From positions 1,920,001 to 1,984,000 of the forward strand of contig CBDFIJ010000004.1 in NCBI GenBank assembly GCA_965248055.1: a stretch of 64,000 bases of DNA, in the 5' to 3' direction. The notes beneath the pieces are model-generated. The model saw nothing but the letters and a program-made list of their open reading frames with translations. It searched no databases and had not been told where the DNA came from. A program made the position numbers and the translations under genes. This document shows, piece after piece, positions 9,141-17,936 of the stretch; within the stretch, counting starts at the first letter, position 1, and every line of letters begins with the position of its first letter. Source of the DNA: Candidatus Multivoradales bacterium (lineage in GTDB: Bacteria > Acidobacteriota > Thermoanaerobaculia > Multivoradales > JAHEKO01).

Positions 9141-10967
9141 GTGGAAAGCAAGAAAATCTTGAGAGTGTTCATTGCCAGCCCCGGTGGGCTGGAAGCCGAA
9201 CGGAGGGCTTTCGCCGAGGAGGTCAAGGAATACAACCGGATCGAATGTCATGGCCGAGACCATCAATTTAAAGCGGTCGCCTGGGAGGAGATGCTATCGA
9301 GTTATGGTCGTCCACAAGCGCAAATCAGCCACGAACTACAAACCTGCGACTATTTCATCCTGGTGCTGCATTTTCGTTGGGGAAGCCCGCCTTCCGCAGA
9401 TCCTGACCATCCGTATTCTTCGGGCAGCGCAGAGGAGTGGGATCTGGCGCTCAAGGGTTTGCAGGACCCCGAGCAGTCGATGCGCGACGTCGCGCTCTAC
9501 TTCAAAAGCGTCTCGCCAGAGCAGATGGCCGACCCAGGCGAACAACTGCAACGAGTGCTCACCTTCCGGAGTAAGGTTGAGGAAGAAAAAGAGATCTTCT
9601 TCCAAACCTTTGATCAAAGCGAGCATTTCTCGACAAGGGTTCGTGAGCTCCTGGCTCGGTGGTCTCGGAAGGAAGAACAAGGGGTTACAACCCGGATTCA
9701 ACCCCAGGCCATCACGCTCAGCTCAGCGGAAACCGGCGAGCGCGTGCTTCTGAGCACGGAACCAGGTCTCGTCGCAGATGCTTGGGTGGCAGCCAACGAA
9801 GGTCGGCTGGTGGACGCGGAGGTTCTGTTTGCCAAGGCCACCACCGGCGTGGTCGATCCTTGGGCCGTTCTTTCCTATGGTGTGTTTCTTGACCGTATTG
9901 GCAGCCTGGTTCGAGCCGAAGCGCTCTTTGAACGAGCATTGGAGATCGCAGGAGACGACAGAGGCGCTGTAGCCGCTGCCTACGGCAACTTGGGGCTGAT
10001 CTACAAAACACGAGGTGACCTAGAGCAAGCGGAATCCATGCACAGAAAATCCCTCGCTATCAATGAGAAACTCAGGCGCAAAGAGAGTATCGCCATCGAC
10101 TACGGCAACTTGGGGTTGATCTACCAAACACGAGGTGACCTAGACCAAGCGGAAACCATGCACAGAAAATCCCTCGCCATCAATGAAGAACTCGGGCGCA
10201 AGGAGGGCATGGCCAGCGACTACGGCAACTTGGGGGGGATCTACCAAACACGAGGCGATCTAGAGCAAGCTGAAGCTATGCTCAGAAAAGCCCTCGCCAT
10301 TGAAGAAGAACTCGGGCGCAAGGAGGGCATGGCCAACAACTACGGCAACTTGGGGGTGATCTACCAAACACGAGGCGATCTAGACCAAGCTGAATCCATG
10401 TATAGAGAATCCCTCGCCATCAATGAGGAACTCGGGCGCAAGGAAGGGATGGCCAACAACTACGGCAACTTGGGGGTGATCTACCAAACACGAGGCGATC
10501 TAGAGCAAGCTGAATCCATGCACAGAAAATCCCTCGCCATCAATGAAGAACTCGGGCGCAAGGAGGGGATGGCCAGCAACTACGGCAACTTGGGGTTGGT
10601 CTACCGAACACGAGGCGATCTAGAGCAAGCTGAATCCATGCTCAGAAAAGCCCTCGCCATCGAAGAAGAGCTCGGGCGCAAGGAGGGCATGGCCAGCAAC
10701 TACGGCAACTTGGGGGGGATCTACCAAACACGAGGCGATCTAGAGCAAGCGGAAACCATGCACAGAAAATCCCTCGCCATTGAAGAAGAGCTCGGGCGCA
10801 AGGAGGGCATGGCCAGCGACTACGGCAACTTGGGGGTGATCTACCAAACACGAGGCGATCTAGAGCAAGCTCGAGCTAGCTGGGAAAGGGCTCTCTTGCT
10901 GTTCCAGGAGATAGGAGCGACTCCGAAAGTGGCGATTGTCGCTGGGTGGCTCGAAGAGTTGGACTAG
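9141..10967 (+). CDS. DUF4062-like N-terminal domain plus TPR repeat protein
   Basis: RVFIASPGGLEAER..CDYFILVLHFRWGSP..SGSAEE; 40-aa TPR repeats (YGNLGxIYQTRGDLEQAE). Confidence 0.85.
   Translation: MESKKILRVFIASPGGLEAERRAFAEEVKEYNRIECHGRDHQFKAVAWEEMLSSYGRPQAQISHELQTCDYFILVLHFRWGSPPSADPDHPYSSGSAEEWDLALKGLQDPEQSMRDVALYFKSVSPEQMADPGEQLQRVLTFRSKVEEEKEIFFQTFDQSEHFSTRVRELLARWSRKEEQGVTTRIQPQAITLSSAETGERVLLSTEPGLVADAWVAANEGRLVDAEVLFAKATTGVVDPWAVLSYGVFLDRIGSLVRAEALFERALEIAGDDRGAVAAAYGNLGLIYKTRGDLEQAESMHRKSLAINEKLRRKESIAIDYGNLGLIYQTRGDLDQAETMHRKSLAINEELGRKEGMASDYGNLGGIYQTRGDLEQAEAMLRKALAIEEELGRKEGMANNYGNLGVIYQTRGDLDQAESMYRESLAINEELGRKEGMANNYGNLGVIYQTRGDLEQAESMHRKSLAINEELGRKEGMASNYGNLGLVYRTRGDLEQAESMLRKALAIEEELGRKEGMASNYGNLGGIYQTRGDLEQAETMHRKSLAIEEELGRKEGMASDYGNLGVIYQTRGDLEQARASWERALLLFQEIGATPKVAIVAGWLEELD
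9981..10872 (+). repeat. ~7.5 near-identical 120-bp repeats (TPR array)
   Basis: tacggcaacttgggg at 9981, 10101, 10221, 10341, 10461, 10581, 10701, 10821. Confidence 0.97.
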
Positions 10968-11024
10968 CTTGGCGTTGGGACTTGGGGTGGGGTTTGGGGC
11001 TTGTGTTTTGTGTCAGGGGGCCGC

Positions 11025-11768
11025 CTAGCCTCGATCACCAACCACATAAAGTTTGGAGAGATCGGACGACTGTGACTCGCCTTCGATAGTCACCCGAACA
11101 TCCACCACCCCGCCAAACTGACCCTGAAGCCAGGTTCGCACCCATTCTTCGGTCTGTTCACGCGCGGTAGCGGCCACCAGGTCACGGTGTGCGGAGGCTT
11201 GGGCATCTAACCACTCCGTCATGCGACTGCGCACGCGTTCGATCGCTGCGGCTTCGTCACGCAGAGGGTTGTCGCCGCCGGCATCGAGTTGCATTGCCGA
11301 GATATCGACGGCGGGGGGATTCCAGCGTAGCTCTGGCGCTTCAACGGTCAGAACTCCGGTCTGTTCATCCCAGGTGAGGGTCCAGGGGTCGTTGAGATCG
11401 AGGTAGTAGGTGTAGGTCACCGGAACTTCTGCCCGGACCACGACATCCGGCAATTGCAGCTGACCCCAAAGAACCGACGCAGCATCTCGTTGTGACACCA
11501 CTTCGGTGGTTTCCAGGGTGGCAACTTGTAGGCGTTGTACGCCTTCGACCTCGGTGGCGTAGTTGGTCAGTCGAGTGGTTAAGGTGCCTTCTCGGTAGGC
11601 GCGAGCAATGGCGGCGGCGGTCTTTCCCGCTTGGTCTAAGGAGGGCAAGCTGGGCACCGCTCTCAAGAACAGCCACCACGCCAGAACCGCCAAGCCGACC
11701 ACCAACACCAGTGCCAGCGGCCAACCAATCAGGCGAGAGCGGGAAGAGCTTTGATTCTGCGAAGACAT
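11025..11768 (-). CDS. DUF4230-like membrane-anchored protein
   Basis: N-terminal TM; LQVATLE..VPVTYTYYLDL..LTVEAP..AREQTEE. Confidence 0.65.
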   Translation of the reverse strand: MSSQNQSSSRSRLIGWPLALVLVVGLAVLAWWLFLRAVPSLPSLDQAGKTAAAIARAYREGTLTTRLTNYATEVEGVQRLQVATLETTEVVSQRDAASVLWGQLQLPDVVVRAEVPVTYTYYLDLNDPWTLTWDEQTGVLTVEAPELRWNPPAVDISAMQLDAGGDNPLRDEAAAIERVRSRMTEWLDAQASAHRDLVAATAREQTEEWVRTWLQGQFGGVVDVRVTIEGESQSSDLSKLYVVGDRG

Positions 11769-11797
11769 TGCTTGATGGCTGGGAATGGGAGTAATGG

Positions 11798-12661
11798 CTA
11801 GCCTGGAAAATCGTCGCTACGCGGGGTCCAGCCGGTTTCCGGATCGGAGTTTGACTCAGAGTCTGCTTCAGAACTGGAACTGGTCGATTCGACGGTCACC
11901 CAGCCGCGCACTTGAAAATCTGCCCGGCAGCCACGGTCGACCCAAACCAGTTCGCGTTCGCGACCCCAACTGGTGCCCTCAACACACGGCGCTTGACTGC
12001 GACGGCGTTCCAAGGCGACTTCAGCATTCAAAGGAATCCGGCAAACGCTGCGTCGGCCGTTGTTGGATTGGCAGCTGACGCGACCGGTGCGTAGTTCTTG
12101 GCTGGGGTCAACGCGGAAGCGTCCGCGACAGCCGCCATCGACCCAGATCTCTCCCGAGCGCACCCCCCAATTCCGGCTCTCTTGGCAAGGTACTGCGCCC
12201 GTGTTGCGCACCAGTTCAACTTTCCCTGGGGTGGGTAGTGCGCAGGTTTGATAGCGGACCCCGACACGGCCGCACTCCAGTTCGACGATCTGATTGACCG
12301 GGCTCGGGGCAACGCCGATCGCTTGTCCGCCGGGAAAGGTCCAGATCTCAACTTCAAAGACCCGTCCGTTGCTGTCCAAGCGGCACGACCCACGGTGGCC
12401 GAGGAGACTTTTCCAGGTCAAGAGGTCTGTGGACTGGCCCGCCTGTGGGTGGGCTTCTTGCGCCGAGACTTCACTGCCGGTCAAGGCTTCGGCGGCTCGG
12501 CGGCAATCTTCTGCATCGGCGCTCGCCAGGCTTGGTACCAACAGGATCGACGCCGCAGTAACCACAAGGACTAGCGCACGGTGGCGTTGCGGCGCGTAGC
12601 GCGTTTCGGGGTTGGGGCCGGGGTTGGGGTTGGGGTTAGGGTTAGGGTTAGCGTACTTCAT
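11798..12661 (-). CDS. Secreted DUF3011-like domain protein
   Basis: Signal-like segment; two Cys-containing repeats ending WG..WVDGGCRGRF and WG..WVDRGCRADF. Confidence 0.75.
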   Translation of the reverse strand: MKYANPNPNPNPNPGPNPETRYAPQRHRALVLVVTAASILLVPSLASADAEDCRRAAEALTGSEVSAQEAHPQAGQSTDLLTWKSLLGHRGSCRLDSNGRVFEVEIWTFPGGQAIGVAPSPVNQIVELECGRVGVRYQTCALPTPGKVELVRNTGAVPCQESRNWGVRSGEIWVDGGCRGRFRVDPSQELRTGRVSCQSNNGRRSVCRIPLNAEVALERRRSQAPCVEGTSWGRERELVWVDRGCRADFQVRGWVTVESTSSSSEADSESNSDPETGWTPRSDDFPG

Positions 12662-13329
12662 CGCTCCTCCTCAGGATGTTGCAGCCAGTCTTGCAATTCA
12701 ATCACCCGCGACAGGCATGCGAGCGGCCCCTCAGCCAGCAGTACCTCTCGGGGTTGTGCGCCGCTGGTGACGCCGATGGCGTCGACCCCGGCGTTTCGTG
12801 CCATCGCTAAGTCGTGAATCGAGTCGCCGATCACCAAGGATTGATCGGCGCGAAAGCCCGCTTCTTCCAACAGCCCTAAGACCATCGCCGGATGGGGCTT
12901 GGACTCGGACTCGTCCACCGTACGGCTGATGGCAAAGTGGCCGGCAACCCCGGTGGTGGCAAAGTCGTCGACCAGCCCGTCGCGGGTCTTGGCGGTGGCG
13001 ATCGCCAGGGTGTGCCCGGAGGCCGCCAGGGTGGCAAGCATCGGCTCCACGCCGCCAAATAGCTTGGAGCGTCGGTTGAACCCGCCGCGCCAAAGTCGTC
13101 GGTAGGTATCAAGCACCTCTTGGTAGGTCTGCTCGCTGCATCCGGGCGCCAGTTGGTCCACCGTCTCACGCAGCCCAAGTCCGATCGCGGCGCGGATTTC
13201 AGACGCCGGAAGCGCGCTTAACCCCAACTCCGCCACGGTCTCCTGGGTGCAGGCGACGATGGTCTCGATTGAGTCGATGAGGGTGCCGTCCCAATCAAAG
13301 ATTAAGAACGGATAACGGTTGGCGCGCAT
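12658..13329 (-). CDS. HAD-IA hydrolase (phosphoglycolate phosphatase-like)
   Basis: FDWDGTLIDS, ATAK, KPHP, IGDSIHD. Confidence 0.92.
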   Translation of the reverse strand: MRANRYPFLIFDWDGTLIDSIETIVACTQETVAELGLSALPASEIRAAIGLGLRETVDQLAPGCSEQTYQEVLDTYRRLWRGGFNRRSKLFGGVEPMLATLAASGHTLAIATAKTRDGLVDDFATTGVAGHFAISRTVDESESKPHPAMVLGLLEEAGFRADQSLVIGDSIHDLAMARNAGVDAIGVTSGAQPREVLLAEGPLACLSRVIELQDWLQHPEEER

Positions 13330-13429
13330 GGATTAGTTGGGTAAACGGTCTCGGTGAATCATCTGGAAAACCCAATCAGAAAACCAGTTAGAAAAGTCCT
13401 GTCAGAAAATGCAGTGGACACCGATGGTC

Positions 13430-14422
13430 TCACAATAGTGTGACGCAAATGCGGTCAGGGTTCGCTGAATCGGGCCGAGTCAGCATCGCCGAAGAGTACA
13501 TGGTATCGCTGGCCAGCTCGACGCCAGGGCCAACCACGACGCGCGACAACCGAGTGTGTTCTCCCAGCCTAGCCCCAGCCAAGACCACGCTGTCGACAAT
13601 TTCTGCGCTCTCTGGAACTTCGGCCTGCGCCGAAACCGGAGAGCTGCCTTCTCGTTGACAAGTCGCCAACACGCCGTCGAGATAACGCGATGGGGTTCCC
13701 AGGTCAAACCATGGTCGATCGGCGGTGTAGGCGGCGATTACTTGGCCCCGGTCAAGGGCTGGTTGATAGAGATCGCGCACGGTGTCGCAGCGTTTGACCG
13801 CAAGCCCCTGGAGAATCTTGGGGTCAAAGACCTGTAACCCGGCAAACACGCGTGCCTCTCCGGGCGCCGGTTGGAGAAATCCCCGCACATACCCGTTTTC
13901 GACGCCAATGCCGCCACCAAAGCGAACCGGGTCGGCAAACGAGGAAACCAGCAGGGTCGCCAACGCTTCCGTGCTTCGGTGGTGTTCGATCACCGCAGCA
14001 ATCGGCCACTGGCACAGCGAGTCGCCGTTGATCACCACTGCCAATTCAGCGGGTTCCAGGAACTCTTGGAGCTGAGCCAAGGCCCCGAGGGTGCCCAGAA
14101 GCTCTGCTTCCTCGGAATAGACCACCGGCATGTCGGCAAAGGTGTCGCCCAGATAGCCGCGGATCTTGTCGCCAAGGTGATGCAGGTTGAGGGCGACAGC
14201 CTCGACCCCCGCTTGGGCCAGTTCGCTGAGGGTGCGCTCCAGGATCACCCTTTCGCCCACTGGGAGCAGCGGCTTAGGAATCTCGTCGGTCAGGGGGCGC
14301 AGGCGTTGGCCGCGCCCCGCCGCCAGCACCACGGCCCTAATCTTCGCTGCTTGATTTCTTGGTTGCTCGGCTGCGCGAGCCTCCGGTTCTTGGGTCATGG
14401 AATCCCCAGCGGCAGGAGCCAC
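13430..14422 (-). CDS. NDP-sugar nucleotidyltransferase
   Basis: LAAGRGQRLRPLTDEIPKPLL, NGD, WFDLGTP, C-terminal beta-helix-like tail. Confidence 0.9.
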   Translation of the reverse strand: MAPAAGDSMTQEPEARAAEQPRNQAAKIRAVVLAAGRGQRLRPLTDEIPKPLLPVGERVILERTLSELAQAGVEAVALNLHHLGDKIRGYLGDTFADMPVVYSEEAELLGTLGALAQLQEFLEPAELAVVINGDSLCQWPIAAVIEHHRSTEALATLLVSSFADPVRFGGGIGVENGYVRGFLQPAPGEARVFAGLQVFDPKILQGLAVKRCDTVRDLYQPALDRGQVIAAYTADRPWFDLGTPSRYLDGVLATCQREGSSPVSAQAEVPESAEIVDSVVLAGARLGEHTRLSRVVVGPGVELASDTMYSSAMLTRPDSANPDRICVTLL

Positions 14423-14967
14423 TAGTCAAAGACCATGTGGCGCGGGGCGTCGGGGTGCTCCTCGCGGTAGGTCTCGTAGAGCTCGACGTAGCTTTCAGTC
14501 TCCGCGTCCGCGGGATCGAAACCCATCAGCGCTACCACCTCGGCCGCGCGGTCACCCTCGATTTCGACGAAACTGCCAATCGGCGTTTCGTCCAAAGCGA
14601 TCTCGGCGCTTCCCAGGTGCCAAGTGGAGCGTCGCTTTTCGTAGTAGCCGGTTTCTTCGAACTCGACCGCCTCAAGTAGCGTTCGTGCCGCTTCCAGGTC
14701 GCTGATCCCGAGTTCGATCTCAGTGCGTACTCGTGCCCCTTTTTCATGGGTGACCGGACCTTTGTAGGTCAACCGAGCGCCACTGTGGTCTTGGCGCAGA
14801 CGCAGCACTTGGCCGGAACTGCGAATGCGGCTGCCACGATCAAAAAGCCAATTGCGCTCCAAGGCAGAGCGCTCGCCGCGCTCCGCGCCGATACCTTTGA
14901 TCTGCTCGATCACAGCGCCCAGGGACTCGACCCGAAACTTGTATTCCCGTTCGATGTCGTTGGTCAC
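14422..14967 (-). CDS. CYTH domain protein (class IV adenylate cyclase-like)
   Basis: EREYKF, LRLR, LTYKGP, RTEIE, YEKRR, FVEIEG. Confidence 0.9.
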   Translation of the reverse strand: MTNDIEREYKFRVESLGAVIEQIKGIGAERGERSALERNWLFDRGSRIRSSGQVLRLRQDHSGARLTYKGPVTHEKGARVRTEIELGISDLEAARTLLEAVEFEETGYYEKRRSTWHLGSAEIALDETPIGSFVEIEGDRAAEVVALMGFDPADAETESYVELYETYREEHPDAPRHMVFD

Positions 14968-16350
14968 CTAAGTGGACGCTCCCAGTCGATCGAGAAAGCG
15001 CACCGTGGTGCGAATACCGGCGTAGAAATTGGGAATGTCGAACTTCTCGTTGGGTGAGTGCAAGCGGTCGTCGTTGAGGCCAAAGCCCATCAACAGCACC
15101 GGCGTTTTTAGAACCTCGGCAAAGGTGGCAACAATCGGGATCGATCCACCTTCCCGCACTTTGACCGAGGCGACTCCCCAAATGTCCGCCTGGGCGGCGA
15201 CTGCGGACTCGGCGATCGGCCCATCCAAAGAAACCAAGACCGGCTTTGCGCCGTGGACGTAGTCCACCTTGACCCGCACCCCAGCTGGCGCCACTTGATC
15301 GATGTAGTCAATGGTCAAATCGGCGATCTCTTGCGGATCTTGATCGGGAACCAAGCGCATCGAAAACTTGGCGCCAGCCCACGCCGGCAGCACGGTCTTG
15401 GCGCCCTCTCCTTGATAGCCACCAAAGATGCCATTGACGTCCAAGGTCGGGCGCGCCCAGACCCGTTCGAGGTGGGTGTAGCCTTGTTCACCGCACAGCT
15501 CGTCAACGTCCAGCTCGGCGGCAAATTCTTCATTGCTGAAAGGCAGCTTGCCGAAGCCCTCCCGCTCCCAGTCTTCCAACGGTCGCACCCGGTCGTAGAA
15601 CTCGGGAATCATCACCCGCCCGGTCTCTGGATCGTGGAGCCGCGAAAGGATGGTCGCTAGGGCGTTGGCGGGGTTGGCGACACCGCCGCCGTAGGTGCCC
15701 GAGTGCAGATCGTGGTTCGGGCCGTCGACTCTCAGCTCAACGTAGCAAAGACCCTTGAGCCCATAGAGCAGCGACGGTTGGCCGGGGGCATACATCGACG
15801 AGTCAGAAATCACCACCGCGTCACAGGCCAAAAGTTGGCCAGCGTCTTCGCGCACGAAGTGCTCGATTGATTCGCCGCCGGATTCTTCTTCGCCTTCGAT
15901 CAGAAACTTGACGTTGACCGGAAGCTCGCCGCGTTCAGCGATCAGCGCCTCCACCGCCTTTAGATGGCAAAACGATTGCCCTTTGTCGTCGGTGGCTCCG
16001 CGAGCCACAAGTTGCTCGCCTTCGACGGTCGGCTCGAAGGGGTCGTGGCGCCACTCTTCCAGAGGCTCAGGGGGCTGGACGTCGTAGTGCCCATAAAACA
16101 ACACCGTCGGCTTGTCGTCGCTGACCTTGCGCTCGCCATAGACCATCGGGTGGCCGTTGGTCTCGATCAACCGGGCGCTAACGCCGACGGCTTCCATTTT
16201 CTCGATGACGAAATTGGCGCAGCGGAGGATTTCTTCCGCGTAGGCGGGGTCGGTCGAGATCGACGGGATGCGAATGTAATCCTTGAGTTCTTCTAGGTAC
16301 CGCTCACCGTCTTGGTCGATGCGAGAAAATACATCTTGGCTGTCTGTCAT
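14968..16350 (-). CDS. M20 family dipeptidase
   Basis: YGHYDVQP, RGATDDKGQ, EGEEESG, DLHSG, GGSIP, HSPNEKF. Confidence 0.95.
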   Translation of the reverse strand: MTDSQDVFSRIDQDGERYLEELKDYIRIPSISTDPAYAEEILRCANFVIEKMEAVGVSARLIETNGHPMVYGERKVSDDKPTVLFYGHYDVQPPEPLEEWRHDPFEPTVEGEQLVARGATDDKGQSFCHLKAVEALIAERGELPVNVKFLIEGEEESGGESIEHFVREDAGQLLACDAVVISDSSMYAPGQPSLLYGLKGLCYVELRVDGPNHDLHSGTYGGGVANPANALATILSRLHDPETGRVMIPEFYDRVRPLEDWEREGFGKLPFSNEEFAAELDVDELCGEQGYTHLERVWARPTLDVNGIFGGYQGEGAKTVLPAWAGAKFSMRLVPDQDPQEIADLTIDYIDQVAPAGVRVKVDYVHGAKPVLVSLDGPIAESAVAAQADIWGVASVKVREGGSIPIVATFAEVLKTPVLLMGFGLNDDRLHSPNEKFDIPNFYAGIRTTVRFLDRLGAST

Positions 16351-16420
16351 GCTTGGTCCTTGGTTACTTACTGCGTCATTGTTCTAGGTCGAATCTTGGG
16401 TCGGCGTATCGGCTCGGCGT

Positions 16421-17293
16421 TTAAGGGCCCTGCCTGGGGGTGAGTCCATCCAGTCCATGCCAGGTTTCATCGGAGTCATCAAATACCGGGAGGTTGGGCT
16501 CCCAGCCAAACTTTTCCATCGATCGCCAGCCCCACAGGATGGACCACTTGGCGAAGGTGCCGTAGGCCTGCGTGCCACAGAACACCAAGCCGTGAAGGCC
16601 ATCGAGAATACCGAGTTGGATGAAGTAGGTGCGAAAAAAACGCCATGCAGGGCGAAACACCACCTCTATCAAGCCGACGCGACGGCCTTCGCGCCAGAGT
16701 TGCGAGGCGCCCCAAATTCCATACCGAGTGATGCGCTCAAAGTACTCCGAGAGATCGTAGGCCATGTAGTGACGGAGCCGATTCTTGAGCCTCAGGGTCG
16801 GCCCTTCGGTGACCATGTCGGCGTGTACCCGGCGGTTGGGGTAGCGCGCTTTGCCTCGCTCAAACAAGCGCACCACCTCATCGTGTTGAAAGCCGGAGAA
16901 GCAAATCTCGTGGTTTAGAAAATACACCCGCCGACGGATCACATAGGCGACACGATCCGGCCCAGCGGCGAGTAAGTCTTCGATTTCTTGTTGCAGTTTC
17001 GGGGTACAGCGTTCGTCGGCGTCGAAGATCAACAGCCAATCGTGCTCAGTGTTGTCGATCGCCCAGTTTTTCTGCGCCGCTGAACCGAAATAGGTGCGTT
17101 GCTCCAATCGAACATTGGGGAACGATTGGACGATCTCTACCGTGCGGTCAGTCGAGAACGAGTCCACCACCAAAATCTCTTCACACCAAGACAACGACTC
17201 CAAACATTCAGCAATGGTGTTCTCTTCGTTGAAGGTGGTGACGATTGCTGAAATCGCCGGACGCTGCTGGTCAGCTGTTTGCACGTTACTCAT
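16421..17293 (-). CDS. Glycosyltransferase family 2 (WaaE/KdtX-like)
   Basis: TFNEE, VDSFSTDRT, QKNWA, DADE, RVH, GILDG. Confidence 0.9.
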   Translation of the reverse strand: MSNVQTADQQRPAISAIVTTFNEENTIAECLESLSWCEEILVVDSFSTDRTVEIVQSFPNVRLEQRTYFGSAAQKNWAIDNTEHDWLLIFDADERCTPKLQQEIEDLLAAGPDRVAYVIRRRVYFLNHEICFSGFQHDEVVRLFERGKARYPNRRVHADMVTEGPTLRLKNRLRHYMAYDLSEYFERITRYGIWGASQLWREGRRVGLIEVVFRPAWRFFRTYFIQLGILDGLHGLVFCGTQAYGTFAKWSILWGWRSMEKFGWEPNLPVFDDSDETWHGLDGLTPRQGP

Positions 17294-17309
17294 CGTTTTC
17301 TTGCTAAGC

Positions 17310-17924
17310 CTACTCCACCTCAGGGTGGTTCGCCGATGATCGACGGGTTACCCGAATTAGGTTAATTCCGTTTACCGTTGCGTGAGCGATCATGGGTGCG
17401 ACCAAAGTGCCGGTCCAAAGGTAGAGCGATCCCAGCCCCAAGCCGGCCAGCGCGGCGACCGCCGCCCAGAGAACTCCCGCACGCCCTGGACCCAGGTGGG
17501 CAACCCCAAACGCAGCAGCACTCACCCAGATTCCCCAGGCCGGCAGCATCGCGCCCCGAAAAAAGAGCTCTTCAGCAAACCCTGACAACAAGCACAGAGC
17601 CCAAAGCTCCGAGCGGTGAAACTGTCCGACGATCTCGGCAATGTGTTTTTCCAGGGCCTTCAGCGGAGGAATAAGCCGCAGCAAAAACCAAGCTCCGGCC
17701 AACCCGGCGCCCGCCGCCAGTCCAAGGCCAATATCGCGCAACCATGATTGAGAGTCAAAGAAGTGCTGCCAGCTAAGCCCGGTTGCGCCAACGCTGGCCC
17801 ACAGGGCGCCGCCGAGCGCCAGAGCCATGTAGAACCACCAAGCTCGGCGGTAGATCGAGCTACTGCCGGCAAATGGATTCCAAAACGGCTGGTTTCCGGC
17901 TTGGCCTTCGGCGGAGGGTCGCAA
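17310..17924 (-). CDS. CPBP (CAAX/Abi) intramembrane metalloprotease
   Basis: EELFFRG, FGVAH, AHATVN. Confidence 0.88.
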   Translation of the reverse strand: MRPSAEGQAGNQPFWNPFAGSSSIYRRAWWFYMALALGGALWASVGATGLSWQHFFDSQSWLRDIGLGLAAGAGLAGAWFLLRLIPPLKALEKHIAEIVGQFHRSELWALCLLSGFAEELFFRGAMLPAWGIWVSAAAFGVAHLGPGRAGVLWAAVAALAGLGLGSLYLWTGTLVAPMIAHATVNGINLIRVTRRSSANHPEVE

Positions 17925-17936
17925 TAGCTCCGAAAC

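Noticed and set aside
9981-10872. DGR template/variable repeats or CRISPR
   Set aside because: These are in-frame coding repeats, variation is not confined to adenines, and no reverse transcriptase is present
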